From the NCBI GenBank assembly GCA_947085565.1, contig CAMTWZ010000007.1, positions 18,260 to 82,259 of the forward strand: a DNA stretch of 64,000 nt, given 5' to 3'. This document shows, piece after piece, positions 52,526 through 63,246 of the stretch. The stretch comes from an uncultured Bacteroidota bacterium. Its GTDB lineage: Bacteria > Bacteroidota > Rhodothermia > Balneolales > HLUCCA01. Every line of letters begins with the position of its first letter. The first letter of the stretch is position 1. A program made the translations under genes and the position numbers. The notes beneath the pieces are model-generated. The model searched no databases, had not been told where the DNA came from, and was given only the letters and a program-made list of their open reading frames with translations.

Positions 52526-54988
52526 ATGAAAGAAGACGATTTCCAAGACTTCGAACAAGCCATCCCCTTGCTGTCGGAAGAAGAAGAGCGCAAGCTAAGC
52601 GAATCCGGAATCCCAGAGCACCTTCCCATCCTTCCCTTGAAGAACACCGTCCTCTTTCCCGGCGTTGTGATTCCGATCACCGTGGGACGCGACCGTTCGC
52701 TCGCCTTGGTAAAGAAAGCGTTCGCCTCCGACAAGATCATCGGAATCGTCACCCAGAGAAAGAAAGAGCAGGAAGATCCCGGTCCGGACGATCTGTACTC
52801 CATCGGAACCGTGGCGCAGATTCTGAAACTCATCAAAATGCCGGATGGCTCCAAGAGCATTGTGATCCAGGGCAAATCGGTCTTCAAAATCGACCAATTC
52901 ACTTCGCAGGATCCCTATTTCCTGGCGGATGTGTCGCGTTTCAAGAATGAGATGGACATGTCGGATGTGGAACTCGACGCGGCGGTCCGATCCATCAAAG
53001 AGACTGCGATCCACATCGTGAACCTTTCCCCGAATCTTCCTTCCGAGGCGGCAGTGGCGCTCAATACCATCCATTCGCCGACCTTCCTGCTCAATTTCAT
53101 CGCCTCGAATCTGAACATCAGCAACGACGACAAGCAGAAGATCCTCGAGATTCCGAAATTCAGCGAACGGCTCAAACAGGTGATGGAGCATCTGAACCGC
53201 GAAGTGCAGGTGTTGAATCTGAGTCAGGAAATCCGCTCGAAAGTGAAGACCGACATCGATCAGCAGCAACGTGATTTCTATCTGCGTCAGCAACTCAAAG
53301 TGATTCAGGAAGCGCTCGGCGAAGAAAGCGAACAGGAGCAGGTGCAGAAACTGCGCGAACGGGCCGCGAAGAAGAATTTCCCGGAGCATGTGAGCAAAGC
53401 GCTCGAGAAAGAGTTCACCCGACTGGAGCGCACACCCACTTCCGCACCGAATTACGGAGTGATCCATAACTATGTGGAATGGATCTTGGATCTGCCTTGG
53501 AATGAATACAGCGAAGACAAACTCGATCTGAAATACGCTCGGACCGTACTTGAAGAAGACCACTATGGCTTGGAGAAAGTCAAGAAGCGCATCCTGGAGT
53601 ATCTGGCGGTTCTCAAGCTCAAGAACGACATGAAAGCGCCGATTTTGTGCTTATATGGTCCGCCGGGCGTGGGAAAAACTTCTTTGGGCAAATCGATCGC
53701 CCGCTCACTGAACCGCGAATTCGTGCGATTCAGTCTGGGTGGCTTGCAGGATGAGGCCGAAATCCGCGGACATCGCCGCACCTACATCGGCGCTCTTCCC
53801 GGACGCATCGTGCAGAGTTTGAAAAAAGCGGGGACCTCCAACCCGGTGATGATGCTCGATGAGATCGACAAAGTAGGCATGACCTATCGCGGCGACCCTA
53901 CCTCCGCCCTGCTGGAAGTGCTCGATCCGGAGCAGAACAACACGTTCTACGACAATTACATGGAATTGGAAGTGGATCTGAGCCGGGTCTTGTTCATCGC
54001 CACGGCGAACAGTTTGGATACGATTCCGGGTCCGCTGCGCGACCGGATGGAGATCATCCACCTGACCGGATACACCCTTGAAGAGAAAGTCGAGATCGCG
54101 AAAAGTTATCTCGTCCCGAAGCAGATCGAAGAAAACGGACTCACGAAAAAGCAGTTCAAGATATCGGATGCGGCCTTGCAAGGGATCGTGGATGGATACA
54201 CGCGTGAATCGGGGGTAAGGAACCTGAGTCGCGAGATCGGATCTGTGGTTCGCGGCGTGGCGGCGGAAGTGGCTGGCGGCGATCGGGACGCGGCGTCGGT
54301 AGGAATTTCCGATGTCGAGAAGTACCTCGGCAAGCGGAAGTACTTTTCGGATATCGCCGAACGGACCACGGTACCCGGTGTGGCCACAGGACTTGCCTGG
54401 ACGCCGGTCGGGGGAGACATCTTATTCATTGAAGCGAGCGTGGCGCCGGGAAGCGGGAAAATGACAATTACGGGTCAGCTTGGCGATGTGATGAAGGAAT
54501 CGGCGGTGCTGGCGATGAGTTATTTGAAAACCAACGCCGAAACGCTGGGTATTCCTCCAACGGCGTTCACTCAGTGGGATCTTCACTTGCATGTGCCCGC
54601 AGGCGCGGTTCCGAAAGACGGTCCGTCGGCCGGAGTCTCCATCCTTTCGGCGATCGCATCCATTTTCACGCAACGCAGAGTGAAAAACACCGTGGCCTTG
54701 ACCGGAGAAATCACACTTCGCGGCTTGGTTCTGCCGGTGGGAGGTATCAAGGAGAAAGTGCTCGCCGCGAAACGCGCCGGAATCACGCATGTGCTGCTTC
54801 CCAAAAAGAACGAAAAAGATATCGCGGAAATCGAAGCCGAAGTGATCAAGGGACTCGACGTCTCCTATCTCGATCGCATGGATCAGGTCTTCAAGCTGGT
54901 TCTTGAGAAAGACGTGCTTTCCGACCCGAGCATCAAGTTCCGGAAACGCCTCGAGTCGGTTCCGCAAGACGCATCGGTTGTGAATTGA
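52526..54988 (+). CDS. lon: ATP-dependent Lon protease (LonA)
   Basis: 820 aa. Lon N-domain, Walker A GPPGVGKTS, and the protease Ser motif PKDGPSAG. Confidence 0.95.
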   Translation: MKEDDFQDFEQAIPLLSEEEERKLSESGIPEHLPILPLKNTVLFPGVVIPITVGRDRSLALVKKAFASDKIIGIVTQRKKEQEDPGPDDLYSIGTVAQILKLIKMPDGSKSIVIQGKSVFKIDQFTSQDPYFLADVSRFKNEMDMSDVELDAAVRSIKETAIHIVNLSPNLPSEAAVALNTIHSPTFLLNFIASNLNISNDDKQKILEIPKFSERLKQVMEHLNREVQVLNLSQEIRSKVKTDIDQQQRDFYLRQQLKVIQEALGEESEQEQVQKLRERAAKKNFPEHVSKALEKEFTRLERTPTSAPNYGVIHNYVEWILDLPWNEYSEDKLDLKYARTVLEEDHYGLEKVKKRILEYLAVLKLKNDMKAPILCLYGPPGVGKTSLGKSIARSLNREFVRFSLGGLQDEAEIRGHRRTYIGALPGRIVQSLKKAGTSNPVMMLDEIDKVGMTYRGDPTSALLEVLDPEQNNTFYDNYMELEVDLSRVLFIATANSLDTIPGPLRDRMEIIHLTGYTLEEKVEIAKSYLVPKQIEENGLTKKQFKISDAALQGIVDGYTRESGVRNLSREIGSVVRGVAAEVAGGDRDAASVGISDVEKYLGKRKYFSDIAERTTVPGVATGLAWTPVGGDILFIEASVAPGSGKMTITGQLGDVMKESAVLAMSYLKTNAETLGIPPTAFTQWDLHLHVPAGAVPKDGPSAGVSILSAIASIFTQRRVKNTVALTGEITLRGLVLPVGGIKEKVLAAKRAGITHVLLPKKNEKDIAEIEAEVIKGLDVSYLDRMDQVFKLVLEKDVLSDPSIKFRKRLESVPQDASVVN

Positions 54989-55905
54989 TCATGGAATCAG
55001 GGCGCGTCATCAAATCCACCGGAAGCTGGTATCAAGTGGCATCGGCTTCGGGGGATGTGGTGCCATGCCGGCTTCCCGGCAAATTCCGCTTATCCGGAAG
55101 TGAAGACACCAATCCGGTGGCTGTGGGCGACCGCATCCTCTTCGAGCGGATGGAAGACGGCGCCGGACAAATCCGCGACATCCAGGAACGCACCAACACC
55201 ATGATCCGCCAAGCTACGCACGGCCGGCGCGGGAACCAGGTGTTGGCGTCCAATATCGATCTGGGAATCTGTGTGCAGTCGGTGAAGCGCCCTGAATTCA
55301 AGACCGGCTTCATCGACCGGTTCCTTCTCACCTGCGATGCGAACCAGATCCACGCTCTTATTTTTATCAACAAGATGGATTTGGCCAAAGAGCGCGACCT
55401 GAACGAATTGGCCGATTTACAAGCCCTCTACACCTCTTTGGGGTATGAATGGATGACCGGAAGTATCACGGATCCGGCGTCCATCGACGCGCTCAAACGC
55501 CGGATCTCTGACGAGACGGTGATGTTCATGGGTCCGTCCGGCACCGGAAAAAGCAGTTTATTAAACGCCCTCGCGCCGGGATTGCGGCGCGATGTGGGCA
55601 ACATCAGCAACTTTTCAAATAAGGGAAAACATACAACCACCTTCGCCGAAATGTTGGCATTACCCGACAACGGTTATGTGATCGACACCCCTGGAGTAAG
55701 GGAATTCGGTATCGTGGACGTGGATAAGGCCGGATTGTCGAATTTTTTTCCAGAGATGAAGACCCTTCGCGAATCGTGCAAATATTACAATTGCACCCAT
55801 GTCCACGAGCCAGAATGCAAGGTGATGCAGGCTTTTGAAGCTGGAAAGATTTCTGCAAGCAGGTACAATTCCTATCTGAATATCTTGGATTCGCTACCGG
55901 CTTAA
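54985..55905 (+). CDS. rsgA: Ribosome small-subunit-dependent GTPase A
   Basis: 306 aa. Circularly permuted GTPase (NKMDL … GPSGTGKSSLLNAL) with a C-terminal zinc knuckle, CKYYNCTHVHEPEC. 4-nt overlap with lon. Confidence 0.9.
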   Translation: MIMESGRVIKSTGSWYQVASASGDVVPCRLPGKFRLSGSEDTNPVAVGDRILFERMEDGAGQIRDIQERTNTMIRQATHGRRGNQVLASNIDLGICVQSVKRPEFKTGFIDRFLLTCDANQIHALIFINKMDLAKERDLNELADLQALYTSLGYEWMTGSITDPASIDALKRRISDETVMFMGPSGTGKSSLLNALAPGLRRDVGNISNFSNKGKHTTTFAEMLALPDNGYVIDTPGVREFGIVDVDKAGLSNFFPEMKTLRESCKYYNCTHVHEPECKVMQAFEAGKISASRYNSYLNILDSLPA

Positions 55906-56005
55906 AATCTTATTACATTTTGGAACTGTATTTGCTTACAGAAGTTCAAAACGTCTCATTCGTTACATATTCCACCAAATCAATCGCATATCCGGAGGTC
56001 TCTAG

Positions 56006-57121
56006 ATGGTCTTTAAAAACAAATTCAAAGTCTTACTAACTGCGGTCGCCTTTTGTGGCTTCAGTTCGCCGGCTTTCGCACAGTTGGAAGGAGCTGGCGA
56101 AATCTTGCGTGCAAGTGAAGGCGACGCCACGCTCATCCTTCAAGAATATCTTCGTCCACTTGGGCAAGGCGTTGGTGCCGGCCTTAATTCAGGTTGGTTC
56201 AACACTGCGAAAACTCACAAATTCCTCGGATTTTCTGTGGGTTTCCGCATGAACGCGTACATGGTTCCTAAAGAATTTCAATCCTTCGATCTGACGGATC
56301 TGAATCTGACGTCGTTGCAATATGCCGGTAAAGGTGGTACGAATCCCGTCACCAGCCCGACATTCTCCGGCGAAAGTGGCGTCACCACCCCAAGAATGTG
56401 GATCAATGCTCCGGCTCCCAACCAAGCCACACGAATCACAGAGTTCGACCTTCCCGAAGGTATCGGTGTTCCTTATGCGGGCTTCCCGACCATTCAAGGT
56501 TCCGTCGGCTTGCTGTTCGACACGGATGTGATGATCCGCTTCGTTCCAACCACGGAGATTCCTGACTTCGGCGAATTCGGCATGATGGGCTTCGGTGTGA
56601 AGCACAACATCAAACAATGGATTCCGATCGTAAACGCCATTCCTATCGATTTGAGCGCTTATTTCGGAACCAACACCGTGACATTGAATGCGGGTTTCAA
56701 TGTACCTCCACCTACACAAACCAGCAATGGTCAGGCGATCCGTCAAGATCCATCGCTTGACTTTTCCGGACAAGGAGTTGAATTCAAGGCAACCACCACC
56801 TCTTATGGTTTGATTGTCGGCAAATCGATTCCTTTGATTTCGGTGTACGCTTCCCTCGGACAAGAGAAAGCTCTCACTGAAGTTGGCGTTCTGGGTCGCT
56901 ATCCGCAAGTTGTGCCACGTGTTCCGACAGCTGGCGCACCACAACAATGGCAGGTGACGGCAACCAATAACAACCCTGTGAATTTGGAGTTTGACAACGG
57001 AACCACCATGCGCGCTACTGTAGGTGCGAGCTTAAAAATCTTGTTCTTCCGTTTGAACGCCGATTACTCCATGGGTGAGTATCCTGTGGCGAGCGCAGGA
57101 TTGGCATTCACGCTTCGATAA
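56006..57121 (+). CDS. Hypothetical secreted / outer-membrane protein
   Basis: 371 aa. Signal peptide MVFKNKFKVLLTAVAFCGFSSPAFAQ. The composition is beta-rich and glycine/aromatic-rich. A strong terminator follows. I recognise no motif. Confidence 0.5.
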   Translation: MVFKNKFKVLLTAVAFCGFSSPAFAQLEGAGEILRASEGDATLILQEYLRPLGQGVGAGLNSGWFNTAKTHKFLGFSVGFRMNAYMVPKEFQSFDLTDLNLTSLQYAGKGGTNPVTSPTFSGESGVTTPRMWINAPAPNQATRITEFDLPEGIGVPYAGFPTIQGSVGLLFDTDVMIRFVPTTEIPDFGEFGMMGFGVKHNIKQWIPIVNAIPIDLSAYFGTNTVTLNAGFNVPPPTQTSNGQAIRQDPSLDFSGQGVEFKATTTSYGLIVGKSIPLISVYASLGQEKALTEVGVLGRYPQVVPRVPTAGAPQQWQVTATNNNPVNLEFDNGTTMRATVGASLKILFFRLNADYSMGEYPVASAGLAFTLR

Positions 57122-57144
57122 GCGACTCGTTTATGAGTGACCCA

Positions 57145-57177
57145 GCCCGGTGCGGAATTCCGCATCGGGCTTTTTTT
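57145..57177 (+). terminator. Rho-independent terminator
   Basis: GC-rich hairpin gcccggtgcggaattccgcatcgggc (57145-57170) followed by ttttttt (57171-57177). Confidence 0.85.
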
Positions 57178-57184
57178 ATGCGTA

Positions 57185-57219
57185 CTGATTCCTGATTCCT
57201 GATTCCTGATTCCTGATTC
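57185..57219. repeat. Heptanucleotide tandem repeat (ctgattc)x5, perfect
   Basis: Five perfect units: 57185-57191, -57198, -57205, -57212 and -57219. The array lies between the terminator at 57145-57177 and the polA stop (57223), in a convergent intergenic region. Same unit as 2125-2152, in the opposite orientation. Confidence 0.95.
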
Positions 57220-57222
57220 CCA

Positions 57223-59976
57223 TCAATGCGCATCGAGCCAGTTGTCGGCAATTCCCACTTCCGCCTTCAGCGGCACTCCAATATCCATCGCCGCTTCCAT
57301 CTCCATTTTGACGATCGCGGAAACGCGGTCCACCTCATCCACCGCCACTTCGAACACGAGTTCATCGTGCACCTGAAGCAGCATGCGCGAACGTAGGTTC
57401 TCTGCGGCGAAGCGCTTGTCGAGCCGGATCATCGCCAGTTTGATCAGATCCGCCGCCGTGCCTTGGATCGGGGTGTTGATGGCCGTTCGCTCTGCGAACT
57501 GACGCGCATTCACGTTCGATGCATTGATGTCTTTGATGTAGCGACGTCGTCCGCCCAAGGTTTTGACGAACCCATTGTCGCGCGCGAAGACGATGGTGTC
57601 GTCCATGTACTTTCGGATGGAGGGAAACCGCTTGAAGTACGCTTCGATAATGGCTTTCCCTTCGGAATTGGATATCCCGAGCCGACCCGCCAATCCGAAC
57701 GCGCTAACGCCGTACGGAATGCCGAAATTCACTTCTTTCGCTTTTCGACGGGCTTCACGGTCCACTTCTTCATCCGCGCCGAGATTGAATATGGCTCGCG
57801 CCGTGGCCGCGTGGATGTCCTCATCCCTCAGAAACGCCTCTTTCATGTTCACATCCCCTGAAATCGCGGCGATCACACGCAACTCGATCTGGGAATAATC
57901 CGCGGAGAGGAGTTTGAATCCATCCTCAGCGATGAAGGCTTTGCGGATTTCGCGTCCTTTTTCAGTGCGGATGGGGATGTTCTGCAGATTCGGATTCGAG
58001 GATGCGAGTCGGCCTGTGGCCGCCACGGCCTGATTGAAATTGGAATGGACCCGTTGATCGGAGGCGAGCACCTGCCGCGGAAGGGCATCCACATAGGTGG
58101 ATTTGAGTTTCGAAAGCGACCTGAAATCCAAGATCAACGCCGGAAGTTTGTATTGTGGCGCGAGTTGGGCGAGTACGTCTTCGGAAGTGGAATACTGTCC
58201 CGTCGCGGTTTTCTTGCCACTCGGGATTCCCATTTTCTTGAACAGGATCTCGCCGAGCTGGGCCGGAGAGTTCAGATTGAAACTGGTTCCCGCCTCAGCG
58301 AAGATCTGCTCTTCAAGCGCGATCATGGCCGCGCCAAGTTCACCGGAAAAACTTTCCAAGCGCTTCAGATCGATCTTGATACCCCAAGTCTCCATCTTCG
58401 CCAAGACCTCGATCAGCGGAAACTCGATGTCGTGGGCGATCGACATCAGCTCGTCGCGTTCCAACAGCGGCAGCAGCGCCTCATACAGCCTGTAGGTTAC
58501 CCACGCGTCTTCGGCGGCGTAGGTGGCCACCTCGGCGATCGGGACCTCTCTGAGCGATTTCTGCTGCTTCCCGGATCCGATGAGTTTCTCGATGGGAATG
58601 GGATCGTACTCCAGATAGCGGCGTGAGAGCGCGTCCATGCTCAACTGTTGACCCGGATCCACGAGATAGGCGGCGATCATGGTGTCGAAGATCTGTCCGG
58701 CGGGATGGATGCCGTATCGATTCAGCATCATGATGTCGTATTTCGCGTTGTGGGCGATGTAAGTTCGCGACGGATCCGAGAACAGCGGAGCCAAAGCCGC
58801 ACGGACCGCCTCGTCTTCCGCGGCCACATACCAGGCTTTCCCTCCCCCCGCGCAGACCGAAATCCCTAGCAGGTCCGCCTCCAAGGCGTCGATCCCCGTC
58901 GTTTCGGTATCGAAACACAGCACCGTGGCCTTGGCCAGCTCCGAGGCCAAGGCCCGGGCTTCCTCCACGGTCTGAAGCAGCACGAAATCCGCGGATTCCG
59001 GATCATGCGTGGCCCAAGCCGATGCGAAGAGATCGCCCGCGGAAGACGTTCCTCCCGTGGCGGCTCCGAACAGATCCACTTGTCCCGCCGGCGCTTCCCG
59101 CGCCGACTCTGTGTATTTGCGGGTGAGCGTTTTGAATCCCATCCGACCGAAAAACTGAGCCAGATTCACCGAATCCACACCCGACCATTCGTACGACTCC
59201 ATCCCGCCCAAGCCGTCTACGTCGGTTTTGATGGTCACCAACCGACGCGACAGCAGCACGCGCTCGGGGTCGGCTGTGAGTCCCTCCCTCACTCGTTTCG
59301 CGGAAATAGTGGGCGCCGCAGCCACGAGATTATCCAGATTTCCATATTGAAGGATGAGTTCCGGCGCGCCTTTCTTTCCGATGCCGACCACTCCGGGCAC
59401 GTTATCGGAACTGTCGCCGATGAGCGTGAGCACATCCACGACCTGTTCGGGCGGAACTCCGAAATAATCGATCACTCCTTGCCGGCCGATCACATCGAAG
59501 CCCTCTTCTTTCAGACGGGGTTTCATCATGCTCACATTATCGCAGACCAATTGCATGTAATCTTTGTCGGGCGTCACCATGAACACATCCACCTCTTTTC
59601 CGCGGGCTTCCCAAGCCAAGGTACCGAGAATGTCGTCGGCTTCGACCCCATCCCTCTCGATCGACGGAATGCGCATATGAGCGAGCATTTCTTTGATCAC
59701 GGGGATGGCATGGCTGATTTCTTCCGGCTGCGGCGGTCGTTGCGCCTTGTATTGCGCGTCCATTTCGTGGCGGAACGTGGGCGCGTGGGTATCCCAAGCC
59801 ACAACGATATGGGACGGTTTTTCGGCTTCAAGCAGCCTGACCAGCGTATTTGCGAAACCGAGAACTGGGCCGGTGTTGAGCCCCTCCGAATTTCTGAGAT
59901 TCGCATTCACGAAGGCGAAGTGGGCGCGATAGGTGAGCGCCATCGCATCCAATAAATAAAACCGTGGTCTGGACAT
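57223..59976 (-). CDS. polA: DNA polymerase I
   Basis: 917 aa. 5'-nuclease domain, 3'-5' exonuclease domain (FDTETT) and family A polymerase motifs (…DYSQIELR…, …QVHDELVFE…). Confidence 0.95.
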   Translation of the reverse strand: MSRPRFYLLDAMALTYRAHFAFVNANLRNSEGLNTGPVLGFANTLVRLLEAEKPSHIVVAWDTHAPTFRHEMDAQYKAQRPPQPEEISHAIPVIKEMLAHMRIPSIERDGVEADDILGTLAWEARGKEVDVFMVTPDKDYMQLVCDNVSMMKPRLKEEGFDVIGRQGVIDYFGVPPEQVVDVLTLIGDSSDNVPGVVGIGKKGAPELILQYGNLDNLVAAAPTISAKRVREGLTADPERVLLSRRLVTIKTDVDGLGGMESYEWSGVDSVNLAQFFGRMGFKTLTRKYTESAREAPAGQVDLFGAATGGTSSAGDLFASAWATHDPESADFVLLQTVEEARALASELAKATVLCFDTETTGIDALEADLLGISVCAGGGKAWYVAAEDEAVRAALAPLFSDPSRTYIAHNAKYDIMMLNRYGIHPAGQIFDTMIAAYLVDPGQQLSMDALSRRYLEYDPIPIEKLIGSGKQQKSLREVPIAEVATYAAEDAWVTYRLYEALLPLLERDELMSIAHDIEFPLIEVLAKMETWGIKIDLKRLESFSGELGAAMIALEEQIFAEAGTSFNLNSPAQLGEILFKKMGIPSGKKTATGQYSTSEDVLAQLAPQYKLPALILDFRSLSKLKSTYVDALPRQVLASDQRVHSNFNQAVAATGRLASSNPNLQNIPIRTEKGREIRKAFIAEDGFKLLSADYSQIELRVIAAISGDVNMKEAFLRDEDIHAATARAIFNLGADEEVDREARRKAKEVNFGIPYGVSAFGLAGRLGISNSEGKAIIEAYFKRFPSIRKYMDDTIVFARDNGFVKTLGGRRRYIKDINASNVNARQFAERTAINTPIQGTAADLIKLAMIRLDKRFAAENLRSRMLLQVHDELVFEVAVDEVDRVSAIVKMEMEAAMDIGVPLKAEVGIADNWLDAH

Positions 59977-60051
59977 AGGAAGAGTTAATTTAGAACCGAC
60001 AAAATAGGCACCTTGACGAACATTCTCCGGATCATTGCCGAATAAGCCGAC

Positions 60052-61176
60052 ATGAGTTTAAAAAACGAAGCCAACACCGCCCTTCAAGAGACCCGCTCCA
60101 TCTACAAGGAGTACACCACCGGGATGACCCGAGAGAACCTCGGTCGTGAATTCCATGCTGACTCCAAGCGGCTCAAGCAGTTATATCGCGAAGCCATCGG
60201 GAACGAATTCGATGATGAAACCGGCGAACCGGTCAGCTTCATGGTCAAAGTGAAGCGCCTGGTGGCCGCGTTGAGCATCCGGATGAATCCGGTACGCAGA
60301 TTGGTCTTCGGAACCTCATTCGTGCTTTTTTTCCTTCATTACCTGACCAACACCGGGTTGATTCATACCCTGGCCATGCCAACGGCATTCGCGGGCTTGG
60401 TGATGATCGTGATGATCGAGCTTCTCGAAAAACTGGATGTGAAAAAAGAAATCGATCTGGCCCGGGATATCCAGTTGGGATTGCTGCCATCACCTGATAT
60501 CACTACCGGAGGATTTCACTTCGTGTCTTTCGCCAACACCGCCAGCGAAGTCGGCGGCGATTACGTGGATGTGATTCCGACGGAGAAAGGCATCTATTAT
60601 CTGATCGCGGATGTGTCCGGAAAAGGACTTTCCGCGGCGCTGTACATGCTTCGCATGCAAGCCATGGTGCATCTGATGATCCGGAAATGGGAGCCCACAC
60701 CGAAAGAATTATTACTGGAAATGAATGAATTCATCAAATCCAGCCAGATGGATAAGACGTTCGTCACTGCTTGTGTCGCCTTTTTCCCTACCAAAGCCGA
60801 TCATTTCATCATGGTGAGAGCCGGACATAACGCCCCATTGCTTTACAAAGCCGATAAAGATGCCGTGCTGGACCTGAAAACCACAGGATTCGCGCTTGGA
60901 ATGACGAGTACCGAGCGCCTCAAAACCTTCATGAAAGAGTCGAAAATCCCCATCGGGAAAAACGACACCCTTTTCTTCTTCACTGATGGGTTGAATGAAG
61001 CCCGCAGCGAAGTCGGTGAGGAATACGGCGACACCCGACTTCGCGACCTGATCGAGCTTTACGGCTCGTTGGAAGCGAAAACCATCGCACGCAAAGTGCA
61101 GAGTTCGTTGGAGCAATTCATCGGTGATGAGAAACCCGCCGATGACATCACGTTCACAGTGATCAAGCGCGTGTGA
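60052..61176 (+). CDS. PP2C-type (SpoIIE/RsbU-family) serine phosphatase with two TM helices
   Basis: 374 aa. TM helices lie at aa ~85-135. The catalytic-domain pattern is GGDYVDV…ADVSGKG…FTDGL…DDITF. Confidence 0.85.
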   Translation: MSLKNEANTALQETRSIYKEYTTGMTRENLGREFHADSKRLKQLYREAIGNEFDDETGEPVSFMVKVKRLVAALSIRMNPVRRLVFGTSFVLFFLHYLTNTGLIHTLAMPTAFAGLVMIVMIELLEKLDVKKEIDLARDIQLGLLPSPDITTGGFHFVSFANTASEVGGDYVDVIPTEKGIYYLIADVSGKGLSAALYMLRMQAMVHLMIRKWEPTPKELLLEMNEFIKSSQMDKTFVTACVAFFPTKADHFIMVRAGHNAPLLYKADKDAVLDLKTTGFALGMTSTERLKTFMKESKIPIGKNDTLFFFTDGLNEARSEVGEEYGDTRLRDLIELYGSLEAKTIARKVQSSLEQFIGDEKPADDITFTVIKRV

Positions 61177-63124
61177 CCGCGCCAACCACCGCCTCGGCTG
61201 TGAGTCCGAACTCGGAATACAATTTCTGAATCGGGGCGGATTCTCCGAAGTGATCCAATCCGATGACGGTTCCCTGATCGCCCACCCATTCGGTCCAACC
61301 GAAGGGTGATGCCGCTTCGATAGCGACCCTGCGTTTCACGGAGTTAGGCAGCACGGATTCTTTGTATTCCGCGGATTGCTTGCGGAAGGATTCCCACGAT
61401 GGCATGCTCACCACACGCACCTGCTTGCCCGCCGCGCTCAGGGTTTTCCAAGCCTCGTAAGCGATGGTCACTTCAGAACCGGTGGCCAGAATGATCGCTT
61501 CGGGTTTACCGTTGGAGGCTTCGGCGAAAATATAGGCGCCCTTGGCCACATTGTCCCAAGAGTCGGCGGTTTGCTCGTAGGTCGGGAGATTCTGGCGGGT
61601 GAGAATGAGGCATGTGGGTCCGTCGGTGCGGGTCAATGCCACATTCCAGGCAGCGCTGGTTTCGTTGGCGTCGGCCGGACGGATCACCAGATTGTTCGGA
61701 ATGGCACGAAGCGCGGCCAGATGTTCGATCGGTTGGTGCGTAGGTCCGTCTTCGCCCAGACCTATGCTATCGTGAGTAAATACGTAGATCGCGGGGACAT
61801 GCATCAACGCGGATAAGCGGATTGCCGGGCGGCAATAATCGGAAAACACCAGGAAGGTTCCGCCATACGGCACGATGGAGCCATGAAGAGCCATACCGTT
61901 CATGATCGAACCCATGGCATGTTCGCGTACCCCGTAATGCACGTAATTTCCGCTGAAATCGTCTTTCTGAACGGCTTTGAAACCTTTGAAGGCGGTGAGG
62001 TTGCTGCCACCGAGATCGGCGGTGCCGCCTAGAACGCCGGGAATGAGCAAGCCGACGGCGTCGAGCGCGTTACCCGAGGCTTTGCGTGAGGCGATCCCTT
62101 TGGGATCGGGAGCATAGACGGGCAAGAGTTTGGTGTAATCGGGAGTTTTCCGATCGAAGCAGGCCTGGAGATAGGCGCGGGCTTCGGGGGATGCGTCGGC
62201 AAGGCGGGAGTTCCACTCGGCTTCGAGAGTGGCGCCTTTCTCAAGCGCGGTGCGGAAATGAGCCAGAACGTCGTCTGGAATCAGAAACTTGGCTTCAGGA
62301 TCCCAGCCATAGGCTTGTTTGGTGAGTTTGATCTCCTCTTCACCCAGCGGTGATCCGTGCGATTCTTCCGTGTCTTGCTTGTTCGGACTACCGAACCCGA
62401 TGTGGGTTCTGCAGGCGATGAGACTCGGTTTGTCGGAAACCAGTTGCGCTTCGGCGATGGCATGGCGGATGGCGTCGCGATCGTGTCCGTCGATGGCGCG
62501 GGTGTGCCAGCCGTAGGCTTCGAAACGCTTCAGGACGTCTTCGGTGAAGGCCAGATCTGTTGAGCCGTCGATGGTGATTTTGTTATCGTCGTACAGGTAG
62601 ATGATGTTGCCAAGGCCGAGGTGCCCGGCCAGTGATGCGGCTTCTTGGGAAACCCCCTCCATGAGATCCCCATCCGAGACAATGGCATACACGTGGTGAT
62701 CGAGTATGGACTTCGCCCCCATGTGTTTGGCGGCGATCGCCATACCCACGCCATTCGCGAAACCTTGTCCTAACGGGCCGGTGGTGGTTTCCACGCCAGG
62801 GGTAAGGCCGACTTCCGGGTGGCCGGGAGTTTTGCTCCCCCACTGCCTGAAATTCTTGATCTCATCCAGCGGAAGGTCATATCCGGTAAGGTGAAGCAAG
62901 GAGTACAGCAACATGGAACCGTGTCCGGCCGACAAGATGAAACGATCCCGGTTCACCCATTTCGGATTGGCGGGGTTATGTTTGAGAAATTCGGTCCATA
63001 GCACAAAAGTCACATCCGCCATACCCATCGGCATCCCGGGATGGCCGGAATTGGCTTTCTGGACAGCGTCCATACTCAGGGTTCGGATGGTATCGACACA
63101 GCGTTGTTCCAGGGTGCGGGACAT
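61163..63124 (-). CDS. tkt: Transketolase
   Basis: 653 aa. ThDP motifs: SGHPGMPMG and GDGDLMEG-like (SDGDLMEGV). Its 3' end overlaps the convergent phosphatase gene by 14 nt. Confidence 0.95.
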   Translation of the reverse strand: MSRTLEQRCVDTIRTLSMDAVQKANSGHPGMPMGMADVTFVLWTEFLKHNPANPKWVNRDRFILSAGHGSMLLYSLLHLTGYDLPLDEIKNFRQWGSKTPGHPEVGLTPGVETTTGPLGQGFANGVGMAIAAKHMGAKSILDHHVYAIVSDGDLMEGVSQEAASLAGHLGLGNIIYLYDDNKITIDGSTDLAFTEDVLKRFEAYGWHTRAIDGHDRDAIRHAIAEAQLVSDKPSLIACRTHIGFGSPNKQDTEESHGSPLGEEEIKLTKQAYGWDPEAKFLIPDDVLAHFRTALEKGATLEAEWNSRLADASPEARAYLQACFDRKTPDYTKLLPVYAPDPKGIASRKASGNALDAVGLLIPGVLGGTADLGGSNLTAFKGFKAVQKDDFSGNYVHYGVREHAMGSIMNGMALHGSIVPYGGTFLVFSDYCRPAIRLSALMHVPAIYVFTHDSIGLGEDGPTHQPIEHLAALRAIPNNLVIRPADANETSAAWNVALTRTDGPTCLILTRQNLPTYEQTADSWDNVAKGAYIFAEASNGKPEAIILATGSEVTIAYEAWKTLSAAGKQVRVVSMPSWESFRKQSAEYKESVLPNSVKRRVAIEAASPFGWTEWVGDQGTVIGLDHFGESAPIQKLYSEFGLTAEAVVGAVTRA

Positions 63125-63190
63125 GATATTGAAGGTTCTTAAATGTGGGCAAATTTTGCGCTATTTGCGCGAAGATTGTGCAAATATACC

Positions 63191-63221
63191 AAAAAAAAGC
63201 CGTCTGTGGGAAACAGACGGC
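63191..63221 (-). terminator. Rho-independent terminator (reads on the minus strand, after the TPR gene)
   Basis: Hairpin gccgtctgt/acagacggc (63199-63221). It is flanked on the plus strand by a preceding A8 run (63191-63198), which is a U-run after the hairpin on the minus strand. Confidence 0.8.
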
Positions 63222-63246
63222 TTTTCAAAGATTCAGAGACTGGCTC

